Below, in pieces: positions 48,480-57,558 of a DNA stretch of 64,000 nucleotides; position 1 is the first letter of the stretch, and every line of letters starts with the position of its first letter. Both the position numbers and the translations under genes were made by a program. Source of the DNA: a virus (lineage: Duplodnaviria; Heunggongvirae; Uroviricota; Caudoviricetes). The stretch is taken from the IMG/VR virus record IMGVR_UViG_3300006217_000002. One strand, 5' to 3'. Under the pieces are notes generated by a model. The model saw only the letters and a program-made list of their open reading frames with translations. It did no database searches and had not been told where the DNA came from.

Positions 48480-49294
48480 GAACCACCTCCTTTTATCAAT
48501 TCAGCAAGATGCTTAGGATATGAACAATATGGTTGTAATTTACAAGGTCTACATGTCTTTACTCTGTCACATGTATAACATTCTACAGGTGTAGTTCCAG
48601 GTAAATTGTGTGGACATCTATTAACTAAATTTCCATCAGGATATAATGTATATACATTATCACAATCATATTGCCAACTACAAATTCTATCTCCTATTTC
48701 AAATTTAGTATCTAGATCCCATAATTTATAAACTTCACATAACCATAGATCTGCTTTCTCAAAATATTCTTTTGTTACTTCTCCTACGTAATGCTCAAAC
48801 TTTATCTCCAATAAGCATTCATTGTCAAACAATTTAGCTATCTTGATAAACTCCTGAGGAGTAATTTCAAATAGGTCATCTGTTAACGTAATCATCACTG
48901 TATAATTTATTTTAGATTTTGATAATCTATAGCAATTAGCTAACCATTTGTCGAACATAGATTCAGATTTAAATCTATGGGGATTCCATGATGTTGATAC
49001 ATGATGTAGAGTTTTATAAAACTCAATAAGTTCAGAATCTAAAATAATCAGGTTTGTAGAAATAGATGAGATTTTAGAAACCCCATCCACTTTATTTGTT
49101 TCTACAACGTCATTCATTCGTTCACGATTTGAAGTGATCTCTCCTCCAAATAGAATAATTTCTCCATTGAAATTATTCAATTGACTTATGAACTTATCAC
49201 GATTAAATTCCTCAGGAGTATCGACGATAAAACAATGATCACAGTTAAGATTACATTTCATTGTAGGAATTGCATATAAAACTTTATCATCCAT
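48476..49294 (-). CDS. Radical SAM protein with Cys-rich C-terminus (SPASM/twitch-like)
   Basis: PTMKCNLNCDHC, FGGE, ISTNL; C..TLYPDG..CP..CYTC..CRPC..C. Confidence 0.85.
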   Translation of the reverse strand: MDDKVLYAIPTMKCNLNCDHCFIVDTPEEFNRDKFISQLNNFNGEIILFGGEITSNRERMNDVVETNKVDGVSKISSISTNLIILDSELIEFYKTLHHVSTSWNPHRFKSESMFDKWLANCYRLSKSKINYTVMITLTDDLFEITPQEFIKIAKLFDNECLLEIKFEHYVGEVTKEYFEKADLWLCEVYKLWDLDTKFEIGDRICSWQYDCDNVYTLYPDGNLVNRCPHNLPGTTPVECYTCDRVKTCRPCKLQPYCSYPKHLAELIKGGGS

Positions 49295-49310
49295 TATGTT
49301 TCATCCTTTC

Positions 49311-50264
49311 TCATATCCACCCATACTTTTTGAATTTATCTTTCATCTTTAACATCTCTTCGCAATGTTCAGGAGGATATTCAATTTTCTGTGATCTACA
49401 GCCATTACAAATTGGAAACAGTTCACAAAAAATACAATTAGAATTTACATGTTCTGACACATGGGGATATTTTGACTCAGGTTCTGCATTATCATTTTCA
49501 AGATCTAACAGATGTTCTTTATCGACGATATCACAGCAGTCATAGTAATGAAGAACATCATTAGCATCAACATAACATGTTCTGATCATTGCATGACATA
49601 ACATATCTTTGTTAATAGGACATTTATTCATTTCATGGAATTTACAATAGACCTCATAATCTCCTAAACCGGCTTCAATGATTTCAAAATATTTAGCAAA
49701 TAATTTGTATCTAGGATATGTTGTCTGTTGTCTTCCTTGTTTCGTTGCATTGTTTATACGTACATATGTTCCTAATCGTTTAGCAAGTTCTGCTAATTGA
49801 ATAGCTGTATCTTCATTATCTTCATCTAGAACGGCAATGAATGGAAGATCCTTTCCATTAGTATATTTTTTATACAATTCATATATTTCAATAAACTTCT
49901 CTTCAGTAAATACTGTGTTAGGATCCCATCTTCTTGTCTCTCCATAGTTGAAAGATGTTGTAATTCCTATCCAAGGTTCGTTGAATAATGGAGCCCATTT
50001 TTCTGGATGGAAATAGAAATCCTTCAAATTAGTCGTAATTGCTATATGGCAACCTGCTAACTCGTGAAGTTCATAATAGTATGAAGGATCTACCATCAAC
50101 GGTTCTCCACCACTAATGATTATTCCATTTGGTTTAATTGTTTCTATTACCTTTTTGATCTGCTCAGGTACACCATTTTTAGGATGAGATATTTCCATAT
50201 CTCCTGCTGAACAGAAGGTGCAATCAAAGTTGCACCTTCCGGTTACTCTTATAATCAATTCCAT
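49311..50264 (-). CDS. Radical SAM/SPASM maturase
   Basis: VTGRCNFDCTFC, SGGEPL, TTNL; CP..C..CC..CIFCELFPICNGC..C. Confidence 0.88.
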   Translation of the reverse strand: MELIIRVTGRCNFDCTFCSAGDMEISHPKNGVPEQIKKVIETIKPNGIIISGGEPLMVDPSYYYELHELAGCHIAITTNLKDFYFHPEKWAPLFNEPWIGITTSFNYGETRRWDPNTVFTEEKFIEIYELYKKYTNGKDLPFIAVLDEDNEDTAIQLAELAKRLGTYVRINNATKQGRQQTTYPRYKLFAKYFEIIEAGLGDYEVYCKFHEMNKCPINKDMLCHAMIRTCYVDANDVLHYYDCCDIVDKEHLLDLENDNAEPESKYPHVSEHVNSNCIFCELFPICNGCRSQKIEYPPEHCEEMLKMKDKFKKYGWI

Positions 50265-50267
50265 ATG

Positions 50268-51512
50268 TTACTTGACCTCCGATCCATTATTACCAATTAA
50301 GCTATCGATAACTTTCTGAATATCGTCTTCCAATTTTGAATTAGCTTCTTTTTCCAAGTTACTTTGAACTTCCAAGATCTTCTTTTCATTATTTTCTAAC
50401 ATATCAGGATCTACGAGTTTATCGAAATATCTAACTTTCATATGTCCAATATCGCTGAATAACTTATAGAAAGCAATATTATATTCCTTTTCTCTTGTGC
50501 GAACAAATGCTGAATTAGGATCTTCGTCTCTATAAAGTAGAATATAAGGCTCAAACATATTTACCATATATTCAGTAGATTTACATATAATATTCCGAAG
50601 AGATTCATCTCTATCAACCATTGCATCTACAATACGATTTCTTACAGTATCTTCATTCGATAAATACACTACTGCAGGGACAGAAGGAATCTTTAGAAGT
50701 TTTGCAATGAAAAGGATAACATTATCTTTGATATCAACTGCTGATAGTACTTCACCATTCATTCTTAAGAATATTGGATCTTTGATTCCATTCTTTAAAA
50801 TATCCTCATAAAGAATATTAAATTCCTCCGAGTTCATATCACCAAATACATGATCATTTTTATCCATATCCCAGTTATATACACTTGGATGAAGTGGTTG
50901 ATATCTATAATAGTTATACGGGATATCAACACATAAAACATGAATAGGATCCTGAAGAGACGGAATCAATAATCCTGATTCATAAACCTCTGTTCCGAAT
51001 GAAGTATAATGCATACTCTTAAATTGTTTGAAGTCATGTTGTTTTAGTACGATGGCTTTATCTACTGATAAAACACTATGAAGATCTACTCTATCACGAA
51101 TAATAGATGGTCTCCTATCAATATCAAATAGGTCCTCTCCATTATAAATTGTAACCATTGCATCTTCATTATGTTCAATTACATACTTAATATAGTATGG
51201 GTGTACTATATACTTCTCATGACCGCCGACATATTCAGACACGGAAAATGCATCGCGTATATTTGATAAATTAATTGAATCATCAAGATCTATAGAATCA
51301 AGATCATCAATTTCTGCTTTGTCTGATTCATAAAATAGAACATCTTTAATTTCCATTAGATTTCTAAACTCTTCCATTGTCAATCTAATGGTCTGTCTAG
51401 TTCTTACAGCAGAAGATGCGTATTCCATATCTATAACAGGATTCATTATAAGATTACTTGTAAGATTAGGAAACTTACAAACGTTTCTAATCTGGTCTTT
51501 GATATTATCCAT
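50268..51512 (-). CDS. Hypothetical protein in the radical SAM operon, with a ParB/Srx-like segment
   Basis: LYEDILKNGIKDPIFL..AKLLKIPSVPAVV; RBS AGGAGG favours ATG 51512. Confidence 0.55.
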   Translation of the reverse strand: MDNIKDQIRNVCKFPNLTSNLIMNPVIDMEYASSAVRTRQTIRLTMEEFRNLMEIKDVLFYESDKAEIDDLDSIDLDDSINLSNIRDAFSVSEYVGGHEKYIVHPYYIKYVIEHNEDAMVTIYNGEDLFDIDRRPSIIRDRVDLHSVLSVDKAIVLKQHDFKQFKSMHYTSFGTEVYESGLLIPSLQDPIHVLCVDIPYNYYRYQPLHPSVYNWDMDKNDHVFGDMNSEEFNILYEDILKNGIKDPIFLRMNGEVLSAVDIKDNVILFIAKLLKIPSVPAVVYLSNEDTVRNRIVDAMVDRDESLRNIICKSTEYMVNMFEPYILLYRDEDPNSAFVRTREKEYNIAFYKLFSDIGHMKVRYFDKLVDPDMLENNEKKILEVQSNLEKEANSKLEDDIQKVIDSLIGNNGSEVK

Positions 51513-52239
51513 TATCATTTCCTCCTTGTAAAGAATCATTTAAATTGTTTATAAATTCTTGCTGAAGTTCGGGACTGCCGAACATTATTAACATAAAATC
51601 GATATATGGTAAATTATCCATTATTTTGCTTAAATAAAAAGCATTATCGAAATTATTAAAAATATTCTTGAAATATTTTGGTTGAGAATTTTCTTCCAAA
51701 AGAAGATTGAATGATGGAAATTGAGTAAGCTGATAAAAGTTACACATTGAAATGTTATCTTCTTCAGATACATCAAATTCACTTAGATCAAATCCTTCCT
51801 TGTCCTCTTCATGAAATGTAGATATCGCATATAGAGGTAGTGAATTTATAAACTCATGAATCACTGAGATAAACCCACTGTGATTACTATTAAACTTTTT
51901 GATTTCATTTTCATCCAAGATAGAGTATTTATTTATAGCATCAGAATTGTGTAATATTTCAATCCATGAAATTGCTAGTTCTTCGGACTTAACTTCAATT
52001 CCAGATGTCATCCATAACATCAAAAACTCATCTTTATCTTCATAAGAACATTTACTGAAATCCAATTTCATTTTAATACCGCTATTTCTGATAAAAATGA
52101 AACTAGCAAGTTTTTGTTTATCAATTGGAACAGGAAAGTCTCCAATATCAGACATATCAACAACCAACTCATCTGATTCATTAATACTGGTTATGAATCC
52201 AGGAATCAGTAAGTCTTTCATAGATATATGTTTAAGCAT
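51505..52239 (-). CDS. Hypothetical protein in the radical SAM operon
   Basis: 244-aa ORF coupled to its neighbours. Confidence 0.65.
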   Translation of the reverse strand: MLKHISMKDLLIPGFITSINESDELVVDMSDIGDFPVPIDKQKLASFIFIRNSGIKMKLDFSKCSYEDKDEFLMLWMTSGIEVKSEELAISWIEILHNSDAINKYSILDENEIKKFNSNHSGFISVIHEFINSLPLYAISTFHEEDKEGFDLSEFDVSEEDNISMCNFYQLTQFPSFNLLLEENSQPKYFKNIFNNFDNAFYLSKIMDNLPYIDFMLIMFGSPELQQEFINNLNDSLQGGNDNG

Positions 52240-52257
52240 ATTTGCTATCTCTCCTTC

Positions 52258-52821
52258 TTACTTATAACAACTTGATTTAGAATGGCAATCAGAGTGGCAA
52301 TTTGAATGACAACGAGAATGACATAAGTCAACTCTTTTGACATTATTATGCTTATTCGCACTTCTCCATGATGCTAATAAATTAGCAAATAAAGTATTAA
52401 TAGAACGAATAGAAATAGTTCCATCAAGTGCAACTCCACCATTAGCAACTGCAGGAAGAGATTTAATATAGTTCGAATTAAACAAAGCTCTTCCTGATCC
52501 TGAACGTTGAACACTTATGTTTCCATTGGTATTGTAAGTTCTAGTATAAGTCCATGTTCCAACTCTGGTCAGGATTCGAGTTACCTCTACAAGATTATTA
52601 TAAATCTGAGAAGCTGAAATAGCTCCATCTTTAACTCCTACAGAAGGATTAGGTACAGATGAAAGAGCTCCTAAAATTGAAGCAGGTACCATTTCATATG
52701 AACCATCCATAGGTACATTTCCAGAATGGTTTACTCCACTAAGAATAGTGTTTTTTACCTGAGAAATAAAATCATTATTGATCGCACCTGTTGTGATAAC
52801 AGTATCTACAGTCATAGCCAT
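52258..52821 (-). CDS. Putative radical SAM substrate/virion protein with C-terminal (CHSx)4 repeat
   Basis: Ends LCHSRCHSNCHSDCHSKSSCYK; first gene of the operon; N-terminal part is S/G/N/T-rich like tail components. Confidence 0.7.
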   Translation of the reverse strand: MAMTVDTVITTGAINNDFISQVKNTILSGVNHSGNVPMDGSYEMVPASILGALSSVPNPSVGVKDGAISASQIYNNLVEVTRILTRVGTWTYTRTYNTNGNISVQRSGSGRALFNSNYIKSLPAVANGGVALDGTISIRSINTLFANLLASWRSANKHNNVKRVDLCHSRCHSNCHSDCHSKSSCYK

Positions 52822-52852
52822 AATATTACCGTCCTTTCGTTTTATCGTTTTC

Positions 52853-52864
52853 TAAATAGTTGTA
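52853..52864 (-). promoter_or_regulatory. Putative late promoter for the radical SAM operon
   Basis: Minus strand reads TACAACTATTTA (TACA-N6-TA). Confidence 0.4.
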
Positions 52865-52892
52865 AAGAAAACCTATTCAAATTTATAAAAGA

Positions 52893-52920
52893 GTGTATGG
52901 AGAGATATCTCTCCATACAC
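52893..52920. terminator. Perfect 28-bp palindrome separating tail-fibre genes from the radical SAM operon
   Basis: GTGTATGGAGAGAT|ATCTCTCCATACAC. Confidence 0.75.
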
Positions 52921-52939
52921 TTGTGTTTACAGTTATTTT

Positions 52940-53425
52940 TTAAGAAGCAAATACAGCTTTGAGTGCTACCCATTTATTTCCATGATAAACATACGGAATG
53001 AAATTCGTTGTATTAATCCAAAGCTCCTTATCGTTCTTAGGATTAGATGGAGATGAACTCTTGATAGATACGCGAATACCGTTAACAGTATCACTGTTAC
53101 CTCCACCTGCTTTGAATGTTTCAGGAATTTCAAGAAGATCAGGATATCTACCTGTATGAGCTACAACACTCAATCCTGTAATCATTGTATACGGGTGAGT
53201 AGGTGGATGAGGGTTGTTAAGAGCTCCATCTTCAATACCAGCAAGTTTGCTCTTCTCTGCGTTTGTATAATCATTAGTACTAAACCCAGGAACAGTACCA
53301 TTTCCAAGACGGTGGTTTGCTACTCCCCCAGATCCAAGATGATTAGCAAAATCAACTACTACCTTATCCCACTTAGTACGCTCTTCAATACTAACGTGTT
53401 GTTTGATATCAGCATTATTAGGCAT
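52940..53425 (-). CDS. Short tail-fibre-like protein
   Basis: HVSIEERTKWD, STNDYTNAEKSKLAGIEDGA, HPPTHP..ITGL, PSNPKNDKELWINT: Firmicute phage fibre motifs. Confidence 0.7.
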   Translation of the reverse strand: MPNNADIKQHVSIEERTKWDKVVVDFANHLGSGGVANHRLGNGTVPGFSTNDYTNAEKSKLAGIEDGALNNPHPPTHPYTMITGLSVVAHTGRYPDLLEIPETFKAGGGNSDTVNGIRVSIKSSSPSNPKNDKELWINTTNFIPYVYHGNKWVALKAVFAS

Positions 53426-53439
53426 ATAAGTTTCCTCCT

Positions 53440-56400
53440 TTATTTAAATTTCCTTATAGGCAATGTATCAGTTGAGTTAGGACATTTCTCTTTAAACTTA
53501 GCAGCTCCATCTCCAGCAATAGTAATACCTGTGCTGAATGTAGTTTTACTACGTTCGAAACATCCAAATGTTAAACCATTGATTTCCATTCCTTCTGCAG
53601 CTGCAGCTGATACTGTAATGGTAGAAATCATATTCCAAGTGTCTCTCATAAATCCTCTCATATTAGCAGTACCTGCTAAAGCGTTAGGAAGAGTAAGTGC
53701 TTTGTTAAATGAGATACATCTGAACAAGAAATGATCCAAACATCTTGCTCCTGTAACGCCAGCAGGGATAGTAAGAGCCTGATTGAACGTACTGCAATAT
53801 TCTAAGAATCTCATCAAACATTGCTCGCCAGTTAAACTAGCAGGGATAGTAAGAGCCTGATTGAACTTAGTACAGCCAGAAAGAAATCTCTTCATAGCTC
53901 CTTTACCTGTAACGCCAGCAGGGATAGTAACTGCACTATTGAATGCTGTACAATTCTTCAAAAATCCATGTAAACATTCTTCTCCTGTAACGCCAGCAGG
54001 GATAGTAAGAGCCTGATTGAACTTAGTACATCCTTCCAGGAATTCCATTAAGCAGCGATCTCCTGTAACATTTGGAATTCTATTAACTTTAACAAGGTTA
54101 ATGAAGTTACATCCAAAACTACGTAAAGATGTAGGAACTGTCAATCCCGTATCAGCTTTCCAGAATTCAACTTCAGTAATATCGCTCTTCTTAAATACTT
54201 TTCCAGCAATATTAATATTTGAATTTGCTACCCTATGATTACATAATCTACTTAACTGAGACATCCATTTGATTATAACTGTTTCCCCACTAGCAAGTTT
54301 CACTTTAGCTAAAGGATCATCATCAGTAGCTTTAGTTTTATTAGGATCTTCTGCAATAGTTATTTCAAAATCCTGATAATATGATTCTGCCTGGAATACA
54401 ATTTTTTCAGGATCATTTTCTTTTGCATCTTTATACCATTCATAAGCTTCATGTTTACCCTGAGGAACTTCAGCTCTGATTTTAATCTTCTTTCCAACAT
54501 CTTCATTACCAATGGTAAGTGTTCCATCATTTGTAATACTTGTGCCAGTAGTTCCCCCGCTGTCAATCAACGACCATCTTACATCAGTATAGCTAGGAAC
54601 TTCTTCATCATACGTATTACTTTGCCTGTTTCCGATAACTTTATTTGTGTGACATTTAGGATCCAATACATATGAATTATCAGTTCCATTGACATAAACG
54701 GTTTCAGGAATATTAACTATGTTAGCAACTTCCATATATTCAGGAAGAAATGTTACATAGTAGCTATGTTCCCATGTAGAATTTGTTTCAGGTGTAACTT
54801 TTTCAATTCCATTAGGAACAGCAAATACGAATTTTGTAACTCCATCCTCGTAATTATAAAGGTAATAACAATCCATATTCCAGTCATAATCAGGATTGAA
54901 TTCAATGTTGTAATTCGTCTCCCAGTAATTCTGACTTTCAGTTCTAGGTCTAAAGGCTGTACATAATCCTCCTTTAAACTCAGGATCATTCGGTCTAATA
55001 GGAGAAACTTCAATTGACTGACCTGTTGCATTGAAAGGATCCGTTCCAAAACATAACATTGGTATTGGTCTCTTTGCTCTTATAATGGAGGGAAGATTCA
55101 TTCTAATACCTTCTACAGCAACGAATATATCAGGCGAAGCAGGAGGTACAATCGTAATACTAGCTGTTGCTACAAAATTAACTCCTCTTCGAACACCGTC
55201 TACAACTGTCATCTCAACCACTATAGGATCATTTATATTTTTAAGCCATTGATCAAAATAATCAGGAGGTGTAGGAGAAGGATTTCTGTTCCACCATGTT
55301 ACATTTTCATAGTCGATAACTAGCTGATTCTGTAAATTAAGACTGACTCTTGCAGCTGCTGGAGCGCTCTTAATTTTATATATGATATTTTTCATCGTAG
55401 CGTTAGATGGATACACGGTACCTGTTAAGTTCAAAGGCTCGTCAACAGGATCAAAGTTTTCAGGCATATTAGTAATGCTTTCAACAGATATCCACTCACT
55501 TCCTACGTTGATTGTGAATGTTCTTTCGTAGTTTACAGTTTCAGAGATACCTTTAACAATGGTAGCTTTAATTTTCAATGTACCAGCTCCTGTTGTAGAA
55601 AGTAAATCTCCATTCAATCTTGCTCCAGTAGTTCCAGCATCAGCAATACTATAACTAACATTTCTATATGTTGCATTTTCTGGTGTAACATTAGCTGTTA
55701 GTAATATAACCTCTTTAGCAATAATTGTACTATCGATTTGTAGAGTTACTCCTTCTACCGGAACAAACTTTGTTTTCACATCAATCCAAAAATCTCTTGT
55801 ATAATCCTGACTAGGACTTATACCTTTTCTTACAGTAGCTCTGATTAAACATGTACCAGCTACTCGAGCTCTTAAGTAACCATTATTGATATATGCTCCT
55901 GTACCTCTGGCATCAAGAATTGACCATTCGATTGTTTTAACAGAAGCATCACTTGGTTCAACGATTCCATTTAATAGAATATTGGTATCTGTATCAATAG
56001 TAGTTGAGATCCCTGAAACATTTGTAACTGATACATATCTCGGTACCACTACAGTACATGAAGCTGATAATTTTCCGTCAATAGTTGTAGCTGTAAATGT
56101 AACTGATCCTTCATTAATTACTGAAATAACTCCAGTATCTTTGTTAATACTAGCTACATATGAGTTAGAGCTATTCCATACTACTTTAGGTAAGTCAGCT
56201 GCTGCGGCATCTTTACCAATCTCAAGTTTATAAGTTGAATCTATATAAAGCTTTTCAGGAGCATTACTAATAAAGATAGATCCTAACTCTGCCGATACAT
56301 AGACATCACAGATATCTGAGAATACGTCTCGAGCTCCAGCTGCTGATACTTTACAATAGTAATAGAAATGACCAATTCTATTATATGGAACATTAAACGA

Positions 56401-57540
56401 AGATGATGTTTCTCCAGTTAATTCAGTACCATTCTCTGTAGACTTGGTAGAATTTCTATACCATTGATATTGCATGATTTTTGTAGTCGTTGAAGTTGCA
56501 TTTACAGCTAAAATATCTCCAGCTTTGTTCAGTGTAAGATTGATATTGGGAACTGGCTGACTGATAATTTGGATTTCATTTTCAACAGCTCTCACATTGA
56601 AATTTTTGAAATAACTTTTATCTGGACCAAGAGCCTTAGGAATAGTACATTTTAAAACAACAACTCCTGTTGATGTAGCTATAAGCTTATTATTTTCAAT
56701 TACAGCGTTACCAGATACTACTTCCCACACAGTACTCTGAACTGTTGCGTTGTATGGAAGAACTGTCATTTCTTCAAGAACGAATGGAACGTTTGTTACA
56801 ATATTATCAGGTAAACCGATTATATCAGTAACCGGAATAAATGCAGCTTCACCACTTTGAGGTTCAACATTAAGTACAGCTTTATCACTTCTATATACCA
56901 GTACTCCAGGAGAATTAGAAGGATATGCTGTATCCATTGTAAACCTGATAACAGCATTGTCTCTATTTGTGAACATTACTGTTGCATTACGCAATGTGAT
57001 GATAGATCCATCCCCCATTCTAACTCCCCAGTGGTTAGGATCATTACTGATAGTAAATACAACATCTGTAGACTGATTGGGAAATGGTATTGTAGCCTGT
57101 AGAGTTTTTGTATATCCATACTCTAAATTAGCTCCAGTGTTATCATCTATTGTAAATGCAAAGTATCCGCAAATGCTATTCATTTCAAACGGCCTTACAT
57201 CACTTCTTGCAGTAATTCCCCATGATGCAGTATCACTTCGATACATAAGAAAACATGGAGAGTTTGCAGGATATTTTTTATCCATAGTAAATAAGACTAT
57301 GGAATTATCTTTGTTAACAAATAATATTTCAGGGTCACGAATGGGGATGATAGATCCATCCCCCATTTGTGCAGCCCAATCTTCATGGCCTCTGCTGATA
57401 GTCAAATTGACATCACTAGCCTGAAGAGGATATGTTAATGCAAAAATACATTTGTTTGTATCACCATTACTATCACTGAGATTTCCGGTAGTGTCAATAG
57501 TAAACCCGTAAAATCCAGTTTTAGTATTTTTTATACCCAT
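53440..57540 (-). CDS. Large adhesin/receptor-binding protein: two N-terminal shared domains, multiple Ig-like (Big_2) domains, C-terminal BspA/DUF285-like LRR
   Basis: Repeated V.P.NAT.K.I.WS motifs; YQWY..YYYC Ig; 26-aa FNQALTIPAGVTG..CL..FL..C repeats. Confidence 0.8.
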   Translation of the reverse strand: MGIKNTKTGFYGFTIDTTGNLSDSNGDTNKCIFALTYPLQASDVNLTISRGHEDWAAQMGDGSIIPIRDPEILFVNKDNSIVLFTMDKKYPANSPCFLMYRSDTASWGITARSDVRPFEMNSICGYFAFTIDDNTGANLEYGYTKTLQATIPFPNQSTDVVFTISNDPNHWGVRMGDGSIITLRNATVMFTNRDNAVIRFTMDTAYPSNSPGVLVYRSDKAVLNVEPQSGEAAFIPVTDIIGLPDNIVTNVPFVLEEMTVLPYNATVQSTVWEVVSGNAVIENNKLIATSTGVVVLKCTIPKALGPDKSYFKNFNVRAVENEIQIISQPVPNINLTLNKAGDILAVNATSTTTKIMQYQWYRNSTKSTENGTELTGETSSSFNVPYNRIGHFYYYCKVSAAGARDVFSDICDVYVSAELGSIFISNAPEKLYIDSTYKLEIGKDAAAADLPKVVWNSSNSYVASINKDTGVISVINEGSVTFTATTIDGKLSASCTVVVPRYVSVTNVSGISTTIDTDTNILLNGIVEPSDASVKTIEWSILDARGTGAYINNGYLRARVAGTCLIRATVRKGISPSQDYTRDFWIDVKTKFVPVEGVTLQIDSTIIAKEVILLTANVTPENATYRNVSYSIADAGTTGARLNGDLLSTTGAGTLKIKATIVKGISETVNYERTFTINVGSEWISVESITNMPENFDPVDEPLNLTGTVYPSNATMKNIIYKIKSAPAAARVSLNLQNQLVIDYENVTWWNRNPSPTPPDYFDQWLKNINDPIVVEMTVVDGVRRGVNFVATASITIVPPASPDIFVAVEGIRMNLPSIIRAKRPIPMLCFGTDPFNATGQSIEVSPIRPNDPEFKGGLCTAFRPRTESQNYWETNYNIEFNPDYDWNMDCYYLYNYEDGVTKFVFAVPNGIEKVTPETNSTWEHSYYVTFLPEYMEVANIVNIPETVYVNGTDNSYVLDPKCHTNKVIGNRQSNTYDEEVPSYTDVRWSLIDSGGTTGTSITNDGTLTIGNEDVGKKIKIRAEVPQGKHEAYEWYKDAKENDPEKIVFQAESYYQDFEITIAEDPNKTKATDDDPLAKVKLASGETVIIKWMSQLSRLCNHRVANSNINIAGKVFKKSDITEVEFWKADTGLTVPTSLRSFGCNFINLVKVNRIPNVTGDRCLMEFLEGCTKFNQALTIPAGVTGEECLHGFLKNCTAFNSAVTIPAGVTGKGAMKRFLSGCTKFNQALTIPASLTGEQCLMRFLEYCSTFNQALTIPAGVTGARCLDHFLFRCISFNKALTLPNALAGTANMRGFMRDTWNMISTITVSAAAAEGMEINGLTFGCFERSKTTFSTGITIAGDGAAKFKEKCPNSTDTLPIRKFK
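53632..54021 (-). repeat. Five tandem 78-bp (26-aa) LRR-coding repeats
   Basis: Units start at 54021, 53943, 53865, 53787 and 53709; 41-bp exact identity between 53748-53788 and 53982-54022. Confidence 0.9.
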
Positions 57541-57558
57541 AATCCGTTTCCTCCTTCC

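Noticed and set aside
52258-52323. CHSxCH as c-type heme-binding motifs with the HemN-like protein as a heme chaperone
   Set aside because: Spacing is CxxxCH with overlapping units rather than CxxCH; there is no signal peptide or cytochrome c maturation gene
53632-54100. LRR repeats as a CRISPR array or DGR template/variable repeat pair
   Set aside because: Units are in-frame 78-bp coding repeats, differences are not restricted to adenines, and no reverse transcriptase or cas gene is in the window
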